From Macrostomum lignano (lineage: Eukaryota), in NCBI GenBank assembly GCA_002269645.1, contig NIVC01001968.1:55800-119799 (forward strand): 64,000 nt of DNA, in the 5' to 3' direction. Each line of letters begins with the position of its first letter. Positions within the stretch are counted from its first letter, which is position 1. The notes below the pieces were generated by a model that saw only the letters and a program-made list of their open reading frames with translations, was not told the DNA's origin and did no database searches. This document shows, piece after piece, positions 24,689 through 37,400 of the stretch. Both the position numbers and the translations under genes were made by a program.

Positions 24689-27600
24689 ATGGACGGTGAA
24701 GAGTTTCGTCAGCGCGGGCGTCAGATGGTTGATCTCATCGTGGACTATGTCAACAGCTTTCGCGACCGTCCCGTAGTGCCCAACGTGCAGCCCGGCTACC
24801 TGAGGCCGCTGATTCCGCCTGAGGCACCGCAGGAGGGCGAAAGCTTCGATAAAATCCTGGCCGACATTGAGCCCGTGGTGCTGGCTGGGGTAAGCTTCAA
24901 AAACTAGACTCAAATTTCTTCATCATTACGTAAGAGTGACTGAAGGGGAAGAAGGGCCTTTAGCGAGCCAGTCTCTCGCACCACGACCCTTGGCTTGATT
25001 CAGCGCGCGGTCGCCTCCATTTTGAGTTTGTGCACGAAAATTGTCCATGGCGTTGTCGTGCGATTTACAGCCATGTGGGACGAACCCCCAAGGCACTGAG
25101 AGTGTACATGACTGACGATTAGAAAACCAGGGCAGCTGTACACCGCGTGTGAGCGTGTGTATGTCCCCAGGAGTCAGTGAAATGGGTAGAATTGCCGTCA
25201 ATGCTGGTTGTGGGACGATGGCGCCGAAGTTGTTACGTCAGGGGGGGGGGCAATAGCCCTGCTAAGATTAGTTAGTAATACTATTATTACAACGGATCAA
25301 TCTCGAGCAACAAGTTGACGCGGCGCACGCTGGCCTGCTGCGCGCCGCCTTCAAGATCGGCTAAGAGCGAGTGACCAACGCGGCTTTGTATCACCGCGCT
25401 GGACTGGTCGGTCCAAGCGACCTGTTGCGCCGTCGGCGACTCCAGCTGTCAGACCACATCATCCGCGCCGAGTCGTACTGCCCAGAGCCGGTGCAGGAGG
25501 TGCTGCTGCTAACGCTGCAGGCACCCTACCGGCGGGGACAGGCGCACACTCGGCGTTTCGTCGACTGCCTGCTGGCTGACGCCGGCGCCCCGGATTCGGC
25601 CGGCAGCGTGGCGTTCATTCGCGACCTGGCCTTGAGGCGCGCCTTGTTACGCTAACTGCGTATTCTGTTGTTGTTGTTGTTGTTGTTGGACAAATCTTCT
25701 TTAACGTCCTGCAGCTTTTTACTTTTAACTTTATGATAAAATATCGCAAAATCTCTCAAAATCTTCACGCGAACTTTGTCATTCTCAGGTAACAAACCGA
25801 AGAAACATACTGTAAGCTGTTGGCTTCAAACTTCTACCCTAAAACCACTTAGCTTTTAGGGTTCGCTTAGCTTTTAGGGTCAATTCAGTGTGTTTGCTTT
25901 GAGTCTTTTAGTCTTAGTTTGAGCTATATTGCTTAAGTCGGGGCTCAGTTGAGGCGCTCAACTTGACATTTGCCTTTCAAAAGCTTTCACAAAGAAAAGA
26001 AAGTGAGGACTTCGTTCCTTAGTGTTTGTTTTGTATATATAATTATAGTCTTAGGAGAGAGGGTCATTTTCATTGCAATATGCATCTTTGGTGGCCGCCA
26101 GTCGGCTATAGTCTAGATCGATTCAAACGGCTGTCAAGTTCTGAAGTTTATTTGAAAATGTTGAAGAACAAAAAAGCAAATAAAGAGCAAACTCTGGGAT
26201 CAGTTAAACAAACTATATCTATTTAAATCTACATATGATGAATGTGATTTGTTAATAAGGCTTCGTTAGTTTCTCAAGGAATCTGTGTCTTGATAGAGGT
26301 AGGTAAAATCCTCAGTCTCGTGACATAAGATACGGTTAAAGCTTCTACTAGCTTCTTAATATGCTACTCTTAGTAGGAAGATAGTAGGAAGAACTTTTTT
26401 CTTTGAAATTTTCATTTCATTCTGGGTTTAAACACCTCCCTGTGGCGGGCAAGTGCAAGCGCACCTGAAGACGGCCGTTTAGGTGCTCTCGCGCCCACCT
26501 GCTCATCACGCCGCGTCTATGCGCCACCCAACCCCGGAGATTAGGAGTGGGGGGGGGGGTTCGCCCACCCAGTCTGAGCTACGTGGGGGTTGGGGTTGAC
26601 TGACTAACTAGCGCGTTGGCCTACTTAACCTGATTGTGCGCACATGCTTGTAAGAACTTTTTGCTCTCCGCAAATACAATTTCAAGTCTGCACGCAGTAG
26701 CTACTGCCCGCTTCATCCCTCCTTAAATTCCTGCTCAAGGTGACCAACTGGCATCACCCGAATTTCCACGCCTATTACCCGACCGCCAGCTCGTACCCGG
26801 CCATCCTGGGCGACATGCTGAGCGACGCCATCGCTTGTATCGGATTCTCCTGGGTGAGCAGAGCAGATGAGGGAGAGGCTGAGTTGTCAACGTGAATATT
26901 TTTTAGATAGAGTTAATTCCCGGAATCGCGATCCGCTCAGATCGCCAGTCCCGCGTGCACAGAGCTGGAGACTGTCATGATGGACTGGTTGGCCAAGGCT
27001 CTGGGCCTGCCGGACCACTTTCTGTTCAGTTCTGGCGGCCGCGGCGGCGGCGTCATCCAGGGCACAGCTAGCGAGGCCTCGCTGATGGTCTTCCTGGGTG
27101 CAAGGAACGACGCCATCGCCAAGCTGCAGGCAGCTGAGCCTCAGGGCGAGCCCTGCGAACTGCTCGCCAGGCTGGTGGCTTACACCTCCGAAGAGGTGAG
27201 TGCGGCTTGTTGACACTTTCTAGGAGTTTCATTGGATCTAGATTGACTGCTAGGGGAGGGGGGTAGGATGGGTGGGCAGAGTGTATGTAATAACGCGATA
27301 ATAACCCCAAAAATACCTAAGTTTGTGCTCGGCTTTTCATGCGTGTACCTACCTATCTATACGTGAAGTATGAATGTTCATAACTACTTGCTGGATGCGG
27401 GGTCAACTGTTGCCTTGATTTCTGTCTGCCACCTGCGAAGTAAGTAAGTACATGTAAGATATTGAGTTGACTTTGCTTCCAGGCTCACAGCTCCGTGGAA
27501 CGCGCCGCCAAGCTGGCCTTCGTTCGCATTCGATCGCTTAAAACTGACGAGAAGCACTCGCTCCGTGGCGACGCTCTCAAACAGGCAATCGCTGAGGACA

Positions 27601-29501
27601 GAGCCAAAGGTCTCGTTCCGATACTGGTAGGTGTTTTCCAGCTAAACACTGGTTTCTGTGAGAATGAGCTCAACAGAATTCCAATGTCAATGTTGCCTCT
27701 CTCGTCCATAGTGCATCGCCACGTTGGGCACTACGAGTTCCTGCGCATTCGACAACGTTAGAGAACTGGGACAAATCTGTGAGACCTACTTCTCAGTTAA
27801 CTTGGTGGGAAGTGGCTTTTATACATGATCCAATTTTCACTTTTATAGGTAATCGGGAGGGACTATGGTGTCACGTTGACGCCGCATATGCTGGATCGGC
27901 CCTGCTGTGCCCTGAGCTGAGGAACTTTGCCGATGGAATCGAGGTAAACAATAACGCTCGGATATTGAAATTCCGTACACAGATTATCTTGTATCTTCGC
28001 AATGAACACATTTGACCCATTTGATTCACAGCTAGCAGATTCGTTCAACTTCAATCCGCACAAGTGGATGCTGGTCACATTCGACTGTTCGGCTCTGTTT
28101 CTGCGAGATGCCAGCAAAATTGTGGAAATTTTCTCTGCAGATCCAATCTACCTTAAGCACGAGTTCACTGGTCAGCCTGACTACAGGGTAAAGTGGTTTC
28201 TATACAATTTTGAGCAACAGAAATCTTTAATAAATCTGTACCTCATACATATTTTGGCCTAGGAATCATCCAAGTGCTTCATAGTCACCTCTATAGTGTC
28301 CACTAATGTAACACCATTGCACACTCATCTACAATGTCCACTAATGTATCGCCATTGCATAATTACCTTTACAACATCCGTCACCAGTACACAGTCACCT
28401 CTCCAATGTTCATCAGTGTATCGCGATAATATTACTTACCTGGCAAAAAACGGCCAACATATGAAACTTACGTGACGCGAGACAACAGGTAATAAAGTAA
28501 TCCAAATACGAGGGGTAATATTTTTTGTTGAAGGACGGTTTCAACGTAGGTCTCAAAAAATATATTCATTCGTCAGTGAAGCATAATTTTAATTAGCCAG
28601 ATGAATTTTCAAATTCATTTTTACCGGTCTGTACGACACCACTGAGCCACTTATGATGCAGGCTTCTTCGTTGATGATATGATGAAATCTCAATGAAACA
28701 ATGGATAAGCATGCATTTCATAAATCCCATTGTCGAGCCGAGCTTACGACATCAAATTCAATTCAATTGTTTGCTTTAACTTACTAATTCAGATTAATCG
28801 GAATTGCAGCAAAACCACCTGGGACTGTCAGTTTGCAAGTCGTGACAAAATTAAATACGAATTTTTTTTTATATTCAGCACTGGCAAATTCCGTTGGGGC
28901 GTCGATTCCGCTCCCTGAAGATCTGGTTCGTCATGAGGTGCTTCGGCATCAGCGGGCTTCAGGCCTACATAAGAAAGGTGAGTTTGAAGATCAACAGTCC
29001 GGCAAAACTGGTTCAAAAGTGTTAGAATTTCTAATATTCGCTAATTCCAGCACGTCTCTCTGGCCAAGGAGTTTGAAGCTCTGATTCTGGCCGATGGTCG
29101 CTTTGAAGTTGTCGAAGAGGTTACGCTTGGTCTCGTGTGCTTCCGGCTAAAGGTATGCACACTGTTTGCATACACGTTGGTATGCGTATTGTTAGAGTCC
29201 GATTGGATGAATAAAATTTAAATGAGATGGGTTCAGAGAGAGCTGTTTGACTTCTCTGAGTTCTGACACTGCATAAAAGCAAGTCAGCGTTATCACCAAA
29301 TCACAGGGCACCAACGAAGCCACGGAGGCGCTGTACCGAACTCTACGCGAGGACCAACGAATTCACCTGGTGGCGTCCAAGTTTCACTCCAGTGGCGTGT
29401 ACTTTCTTCGCTTTGTAGTGTGCTCCAGCCAGTGCGAGTCAAAGGACATCCGCTTTGCCCACAGCGTCATCATGGAGGCTGCCAATAAGCTGGGCAAATA
29501 G
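24689..29501 (+). CDS. Ddc: Aromatic-L-amino-acid (DOPA) decarboxylase, 10 coding exons, ~475 aa
   Basis: Exons 24689-24889, 26740-26853, 26941-27195, 27483-27626, 27712-27778, 27849-27943, 28032-28187, 28879-28977, 29051-29152, 29307-29501; all introns GT-AG and phase-compatible. Motifs [70 protein letters not shown]-lysine SFNFNPHKW and [17 protein letters not shown] (DDC-type, not HDC NPSKW/LSRR). Confidence 0.97.
24930..25215 (+). mobile_element. Diverged SINE related to family B (shared central domain) in Ddc intron
   Basis: CCCCAAGGCACTGAGAGTGTACATGACTGAC..GGGCAGCTGTACAC..GGAGTCAGTGAAATGGG aligns to the family B core; head is degenerate. Confidence 0.6.
25290..25688 (+). mobile_element. 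5'-truncated non-LTR retrotransposon (RTE/RTEX-like) 3' end with (TTG)n tail
   Basis: Frame [52 protein letters not shown] resembles the post-RT RTE segment (LD..YTRLLR...SW..VTN..LY....RRRL..GH..R); in-frame stop at 25362; (TTG)n tail 25666-25688. Confidence 0.7.
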
Positions 29502-31470
29502 ACGATCAGATCGGAGAGCTGATTGCAGATGTGAAAATTGACTGCAGAAGCGGAGGGTGACGTTTGATTCTGGGTGTGGAGGGTGATTGTAGATGCTGTC
29601 CTAAAGTCATCCGTCAATATTCGCTATTATATTTGCATATTTAATGATAGTTTATTAACAAAATTTATTACTATTTATTAACAAAACGAAGTTTAACGCC
29701 ATGTATATTATCATATTCTAGTAAACTGTGGCAAATAGTTTCATTCGCATAAATATTACTAGATTTCTGCATGTAAGTCTTGCGATGCGAGAAAACACGA
29801 ACATTGGATGCTTTTGTGTGGCAGAAAAGGGCAGGTGGCAGCAGATAGAAGTTCCCGATTTAGCCATCTGTTTGGACTAGAAATTATCTTGATTTTGAAT
29901 AGACGTTTTCTCCTCGGAAAATTTTCGTGATTAACTATTCTCTTATTCGTTTGTCGCCCCTCTCAAAGCAGAATAGTTAGGGTAATTAAACACATCGGAA
30001 AAACACAGAGGCAGTTTGGCTTGATTGTCTAGCTCTCAAACGACGGAGGCAGTTGTTGAAGTCTGCCTTTTTTGCCTATTTGGTTCTTTTTTCCTCGGTG
30101 ATTTGACGATGAAATCAAGGCTTCGGCGAAAAAGCGAACGGCAATTTAGGATTTGGAGGTGGAAAGATTTTGCATGATAATAAAGCAAAATTTACATCGG
30201 AGGCAGGTGCGACAAAGAAGCAAACGGTGAAGACAACATTACAGCATCTGTGTGCGCGCGCGGAAACTGCAGCACGTCAAAGGAACTGAACGATATCAAA
30301 ATCATCTCAGAAGGAGCAGTGCGCGCACGGGAGGTTGAGTTCAGTTGAAAACAGCTCACCGAATTTCACGTCTAGCTCGTGCGTTCTTCGAACTGATGTT
30401 ATTCGAACTTGTAAAACAGCTTAATCAATCAATTTGCCGTAATGAAACGACGATTTTAGAATTTTAGAACAACAGATTAAAGGTGCGCACCAACAGAAAA
30501 ATACATTGTGTAAATTTTTTGCAGTATCAGTCAATATATGCGTGGATTAGGGACAAATCGGTATCTAATGACGTCAGAGGCACTCCATTACGGCACGATT
30601 ATAACAAAGAAGCGCACAGCAAAGTAAAAATATTTCGTTATAAAACGGAAAAAAAATGCTCACAAAACAACTCCACTCATAGACACAACATGAAGACCAA
30701 AGAGGAAATTACGCAAACTTACAATGCGAACAACTGAGGGCGATATACTTTGTACGTTAGAAGTACGTACTAAAATATTGTAGAACAATTTTCGTCACAA
30801 AAATACGGTAATCTAGATGCCTAGATTCTGGTTGAACTCCCTTCTTCTAACTGTATCCCATCTGTAATACGCTAATTCACAGAGATTCGTCTGCTGGCTT
30901 CAGTTTTTGCTATTTGAAAGGTTTTGTGACGAAATTTGCTCCTGTGGAGTCCAATGAACAGCTGATGCAGAAGGACGCTGCATTCGAAAATCTCAAATTA
31001 ATCGAGCACGTGCTCCGTTCGGTCAGTGATGCTGCTAAATTTATATAGAGAAAATGTTTTTTTAAACAGATTTTGAGAAGATTTGCTTTTTTGCATGAGC
31101 GCTAAATGGGGCTTCCCGATGGGACAAATTAGAAATGAAAAAATCTGTATAGAAAAAAACACACTGAAAGAGACAGGAGCAGCTGAAACTTTGGTTGTTT
31201 GCCGGTCTCCGATGGCATTTCAGGAAGAAAAATACCTTGATAAAATTGTGAGGTTTTTGAGCGAGTTTTGAGTGCAGCGTCCTTGAACTTCAGTTGTCCA
31301 TGTAGCGTTTTTATACCAGAGCAAAAAGTAGGGAGGGGGGACTGTTTTGCAAAAAGATCACAATAAAAACGTGAGCCACTCAGGCGCAGGGCTCTCCAGC
31401 ATCCTGGTCGGAGGATGAAGCTGGCGACAGCTCAGACAGGCTGTAGTTGGCTACAGCCAACTAGCTGATT

Positions 31471-34400
31471 TTAGCGCGACGCTTTGGAGACCGCGGGACT
31501 GGCAGCAGCAGCTGCAGCCTCCCGGAACTGCCCACCATCATTGCTGATGTCGGGCCTGAGGTGCAACAGCTGGCTGCGTTGCTCGGTCAGGTTCTGCTTG
31601 CGCCACTTAATACGGCGATTCTGCGGGGATCAGGTAGAAGAGCTGATGACTCAAATTCCCGAAGTGTTCTGCCAAGTAGCTTAATCTCCTACTTGAAGAT
31701 TTTGAACAGGTTTTAAACTCGATGGAATTTGTGGAAATTTGAGTGCTCATCCCGCCGACCCCCCGCCGCCTGAGGACGCACAGGCTCTCACAATCGCAGA
31801 TCTATCTATCCCTAGATGGGCTCCGACCATAGACTGTAGCTTCTGCCGCTCTCAATAATCAGCAGCAGCTGTTGTCTATGGCCCAAACCCAGGGGGGCCG
31901 TAGCCCAGCGGTAGCGCAGCTGCTCTGGTGTGCCAGCGACCCAAGCTCGATTCCAAGTGCAGTCAAATTAATTTGGGGCTGAATTGGAATCTCGGCTTGG
32001 CTCTGCTCGTGCAATTAACGGCCTTGAGAGCCAACCCCCCAAGGCGCAGTGAAGTGTACATGCCTAACGATAATATAAAGTTAGGGCCGCTGTACACTCC
32101 TGTGTGAGTGTGTGCCTGCGTACGTATCCGCGCGCTTGTATGCCTGCTCAGGGGAGTCGGTGGAATGGGCAGTAATGCCTCTCGCCAGTTGTGTGCCAAT
32201 GTCGCTTAAAGTGCGCCAGGGTGCACACAACCCCCCTGCCTCTAATAAAAAAATGGCCCAAACCCCGTGGTTTTCGGGGCCTCGGAGCCAGCATCTGCCC
32301 CCAACATTCATTAATTAGCACTTACCTGGAACCACACCTTCACCTGGGCCTCGGTGAGATCTAGCTCCGCAGCCAGGTAGAACCGCTCCGAGCCAACCAT
32401 ATACTGCTGCCTCTCGAACTCAGCCTCGAGTCGTTCAAGCTGGTCAGGTGTAAAAATGGTGCGGATTCGCTTGCTTCTACCTGTAGGCTGGTGCTGCAGC
32501 TGCAAACCTGGTTGTTGATTGGAAAAGCAGGGGTAATGGCAATTCATGTTTTGACGAGCAGGTGTTGAATAAACAAACGACGATTATTATCTTAAAGAGA
32601 CCAATTTTTTTCTGCTCCTGTGCAATTGGAGCCACAGCTATTGTGTGCCTGAGCGATGGGCCACTGCAATTTCTGTTATTGAATGCAATGACCGAAAAAA
32701 ATTACAGAAATTATCTAAAAATATACCGCTCAGACACCTATCGTGCAATCATGTAGCTACTCGTATCTAGAGCTATCTAGAGCTGGCGTGCAATCATGTA
32801 GCTATCTAGAGAAATGCTAGAGCTGGCGCGACTTCAAGACTGCGGATGGTTTCCTTCGCTGGCACATGGCGATATCCGCGGACAACCAAAGTAGAAGTAG
32901 TGGTGTTTGGGGCGGCAATTTACATGCGATTTCCAAAGCCAAGAATTCTACATGTACATTCATTTTAAAGCCGCAGTCACTCATTTTAGCGCCGCAGGCA
33001 CTCCTTTTAGCGCCGCAGGCACTCATTTTAGCGCCACAGGCACTCATTTTAGCGCCACAGGCACTCAGTTTAGCGCCGCAGGCACTCATTTTAGCGCTGC
33101 AGTCACTCCTTTTAGCGCCGCAGGCACTCATTTTAGCGCCACAGGCACTCATTTTAGCGCCGCAGGCACTCAGTTTAGCGCCGCAGGCACTCATTTTAGC
33201 GCTGCAGTCACTCATTTTAGCGCCGCAGTCACTCATTTTAGCGCCGCAGGCACTCAATGTAGCGCCGCAGGCACTCAGTTTTAGCGCCGCAGTCACTCAT
33301 TTTAGCGCCGCAGGCATTCATTTTAGCGCCGCAGGCATTCATTTTAGCGCCGCAGGCATTCATTTTAGCGCCGCAGGCATTCATTTTAGCGCCGCAGGCA
33401 CTCATTTGCTAATAATGACACCCTACGGGAAATTTAAGAGTCGTAAATGCGATTGTTAGACTCCCCCCGTCACTGATTTCTGGACAAATAGTTAGCCTTC
33501 GGTAGTTTCTCTCCTTATCTCACATTGAATAAAAAGTAAATAAAAAATCATGCAGAGCTTTTGACGAGTGAAAATTTTTTGTCCATTCAAGTCATACCTC
33601 GGCAGGCAGACAAAAAATAGGCGGCAAATCAACGAATAAACACCTCAAACTTTATTCTGCTTTTCCCCTACATACAGCTTTCCCATTCACTGCGATACAC
33701 TCATACACATCATACACATCATGCACATCATACACATCATACACATCATACACATCATGCACATCATACACATCATACACATCATACACATCATACACAT
33801 CATGCACATCATACACATCATACACATCATACACATCATGCACATCATACACATCATACACATCATACACATCATACACATCATGCACATCATACACATC
33901 ATGCACATCATACACATCATACACATCATACACATCATACACATCATACACATCATGCACATCATACACATCATACACATCATGCACATCATACACATCA
34001 TGCACATCATACACATCATACACATCATACACATCATGCACATCATACACATCATACACATCATGCACATCATACACATCATGCACATCATACACATCAT
34101 ACACATCATACACATCATGCACATCATACACATCATGCACATCATACACATCATACACATCATACACATCATACACATCATACACATCATGCACATCATA
34201 CACATCAGGCACATCATACACATCATACACATCATACACATCATGCACATCATACACATCATGCACATCATGCACATCATACACATCATACACATCATGC
34301 ACATCATACACATCATACACATCATGCACATCATACACATCATGCACATCATACACATCATACACATCATACACATCATGCACATCATACACATCATACA

Positions 34401-37400
34401 CATCATGCACATCATACACATCATGCACATCATACACATCATACACATCATACACATCATACACATCATGCACATCATACACATCATACACATCATACAC
34501 ATCATACACATCATACACATCATACACATCATACACATCATACACATCATACACATCATACACATCAAACACATCATACACATCATACACATCATACACA
34601 TCATACACATCATACACATCATGCACATCATGCACATCATGCACATCATACACATCATACGCATCATACACATCATAAACATTATACACATCATACACAT
34701 CATACACATCATACACATCATACACATCATACACATCATACACATCATACACATCATACACATCATGCACATCATACACATCATACACATCATGCACATC
34801 ATACACATCATACACATCATGCACATCATACACATCATACACATCATGCACATCATACACATCATACACATCATACACATCATACACATCATACACATCA
34901 TGCACATCATACACATCATACACATCATGCACATCATACACATCATACACATCATGCACATCATACACATCATACACTCAGGAAGCCTGGGGAGAAAAAA
35001 TATTAATTAATTAAATACTTATTTAACCATGATTAAAGCATCCAGTTAAAACCATGTGGTACTATTTGCTATTTTATTTCTAAGCCGATGTAATATACAC
35101 CTTAAATATACACTGGTGGACACTGAAAATGATCCACCCTGATCTAGCGAGACATTTCTCTCCGATCGCAACAGCATCCCGCGCGGGGAACGGTGTTATT
35201 CACTGCCATTCAACAGTGCATTATTGCGAACTATTCCTATAGTTTACAATTGAATCAGAGAGAAATGGCTCACTAGATCAAGGTGGATCATTTTCAGTGT
35301 CTAGAAGTGTATCTGAAGGTCATAGTAAATTGTTAGCAATGTTCATGAAGGGTTGTGGCCTAGTGGTTAGAGCATCAGACTCACGACTTGAAGGTCGAGG
35401 GTTCGATTCTTTACCCTCTCGGAACAATTTGTGTCCTTGAGCAAGACACTGAACTCTGCATTGCTTCAGTTCACCCAGCTGTAAAATGGGTGCCAGCATT
35501 AGCTGGGGTAATTGAGGGTGTGTGGCAACCCCCCCTCCCCAGTCCTTGGACTGAACAGCCGTACGCAGCCTTCAGATGCGCCGCGCAATAGCTGCGGCTG
35601 AGCTGTCGGTTGCACATCTGCTCATTAGGGCAGGTGCAATCAATAATACGAATAATACGAGTATAATAGAGTCAAAACCGGCTTAAAACTAACTTTAAAG
35701 TGATAATCGTGAAAAATCCAGAAAACCCCGAAAAACCCGGTGGCCAAATCCGATTATAAGCATTCTCACACTAATCAATTCCTTTCATCTCTAACGTGCG
35801 AGGTATTCCGTGTACTGGATCGGCTCATTGTAACAAACTAATGTCTTCAACATCTTGTTGCTTTGGTTAACCCTACTGTACTCTACAGAGTTTCCTGAGA
35901 GGTCTGCCCCTGTTTGAGTGCTGGTTTCTATGATGCAAACCGTTAACAAAGCGCGAGACTATATCGAGATTTCTATAATAGTTTCAAATTACAATTCACC
36001 AGATGAACCTGCATCTCTTCAGCCCAGCATCCTGCAGCTTTAGCTAAAATTATTAAGTGTGTAAATTTGAATTCATATCAATTCAATTTTGTCTCTGTAT
36101 CTTGATATCCGCTATTGACTGGCTGGGTGCGTTTACTCAAACAACTGAGCTCCAGTTGTTAATTTGAGTTTAATTTGAGAAAAGCATTTTATGTCACACC
36201 GCCACTCAAGGAACAGTGTGTTGCCGTTTTTTAGCTGACTGTCAGGTGCGTCCCAAAATAACCACCGCTGAGCATCCAGTTCGACTCCAGTTTGGGTGTC
36301 AGGATTCATATTTGGGTGTTAGAGGTTTTAATTTAGGTATCAGGATTATTATTTGGGTGTCAAGATTCAAATTCTGGTGTCAGATATTCTAATTCTGGTG
36401 TCAGATATTCTAATTCTGGTGTCAGGATATTCTAATTCTGGTGTCAGATATTCTAATTCTGGTGTCAGGATATTCTAATTCTGGTGTCAGGATATTCTAA
36501 TTCTGGTGTCAGATATTCTAATTCTGGTGTCAGATATTCTAATTCTGGTGTCAGGATATTCTAATTCTGGTGTCAGATATTCTAATTCTGGTGTCAGGAT
36601 ATTCTAATTCTGGTGTCAGATATTCTAATTCTGGTGTCAGGATATTCTAATTCTGGTGTCAGGATATTCTAATTCTGGTGTCAGGATATTCTAATTCTGG
36701 TGTCAGATATTCTAATTCTGGTGTCAGATATTCTAATTCTGGTGTCAGGATATTCTAATTCTGGTGTCAGGATATTCTAATTCTGGTGTCAGATATTCTA
36801 ATTCTGGTGTCAGATATTCTAATTCTGGTGTCAGATATTCTAATTCTGGTGTCAGGATATTCTAATTCTGGTGTCAGATATTCTAATTCTGGTGTCAGAT
36901 ATTCTAATTCTGGTGTCAGATATTCTAATTCTGGTGTCAGATATTCTAATTCTGGTGTCAGAGATTCTAATTCTGGTGTCAGATATTCTAATTCTGGTGT
37001 CAGATATTCTAATTCTGGTGTCAGGATATTCTAATTCTGGTGTCAGATATTCTAATTTGGGCGTCAGGTCTCGTATTTGGGTGTCAGGGTTCTTATTTTG
37101 GTGTCAGAGATTCTAATTCTGGTGTCAGATATTCTAATTCTGGTGTCAGATATTCTAATTCTGGTGTCAGATATTCTAATTCTGGTGTCAGATATTCTAA
37201 TTCTGGTGTCAGATATTCTAATTCTGGTGTCAGATATTCTAATTCTGGTGTCAGATATTCTAATTCTGGTGTCAGGATATTCTAATTCTGGTGTCAGATA
37301 TTCTAATTTGGGCGTCAGGTCTCGTATTTGGGTGTCAGGGTTCTTATTTTGGTGTCAGAGTTTCTTATTTGGGTGTCAGAGGTTCTAATTTGGGTGTCAG

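Noticed and set aside
28433-28445. ACTTACCTGGCA, identical to the U1 snRNA 5' end
   Set aside because: The match stops after 12 nt with no U1 stem-loops or Sm site; it is simply the reverse complement of a consensus donor.
29631-29638. Octamer ATTTGCAT just 3' of Ddc (Drosophila Ddc is POU-regulated)
   Set aside because: A single 8-mer in AT-rich 3' flank is expected by chance.
33652-35010. Three 430-440 aa ORFs (YDV, MMC and HII repeats)
   Set aside because: Translations of a 9-bp tandem repeat lacking stop codons, inside Not intron 1; no splice or codon-usage support.
35350-35425. tRNA-like sequence (also at 24.5, 15.1, 31.9 and 64.0 kb)
   Set aside because: The acceptor stem is not formed and each continues into a shared SINE body; these are SINE heads, not tRNA genes.
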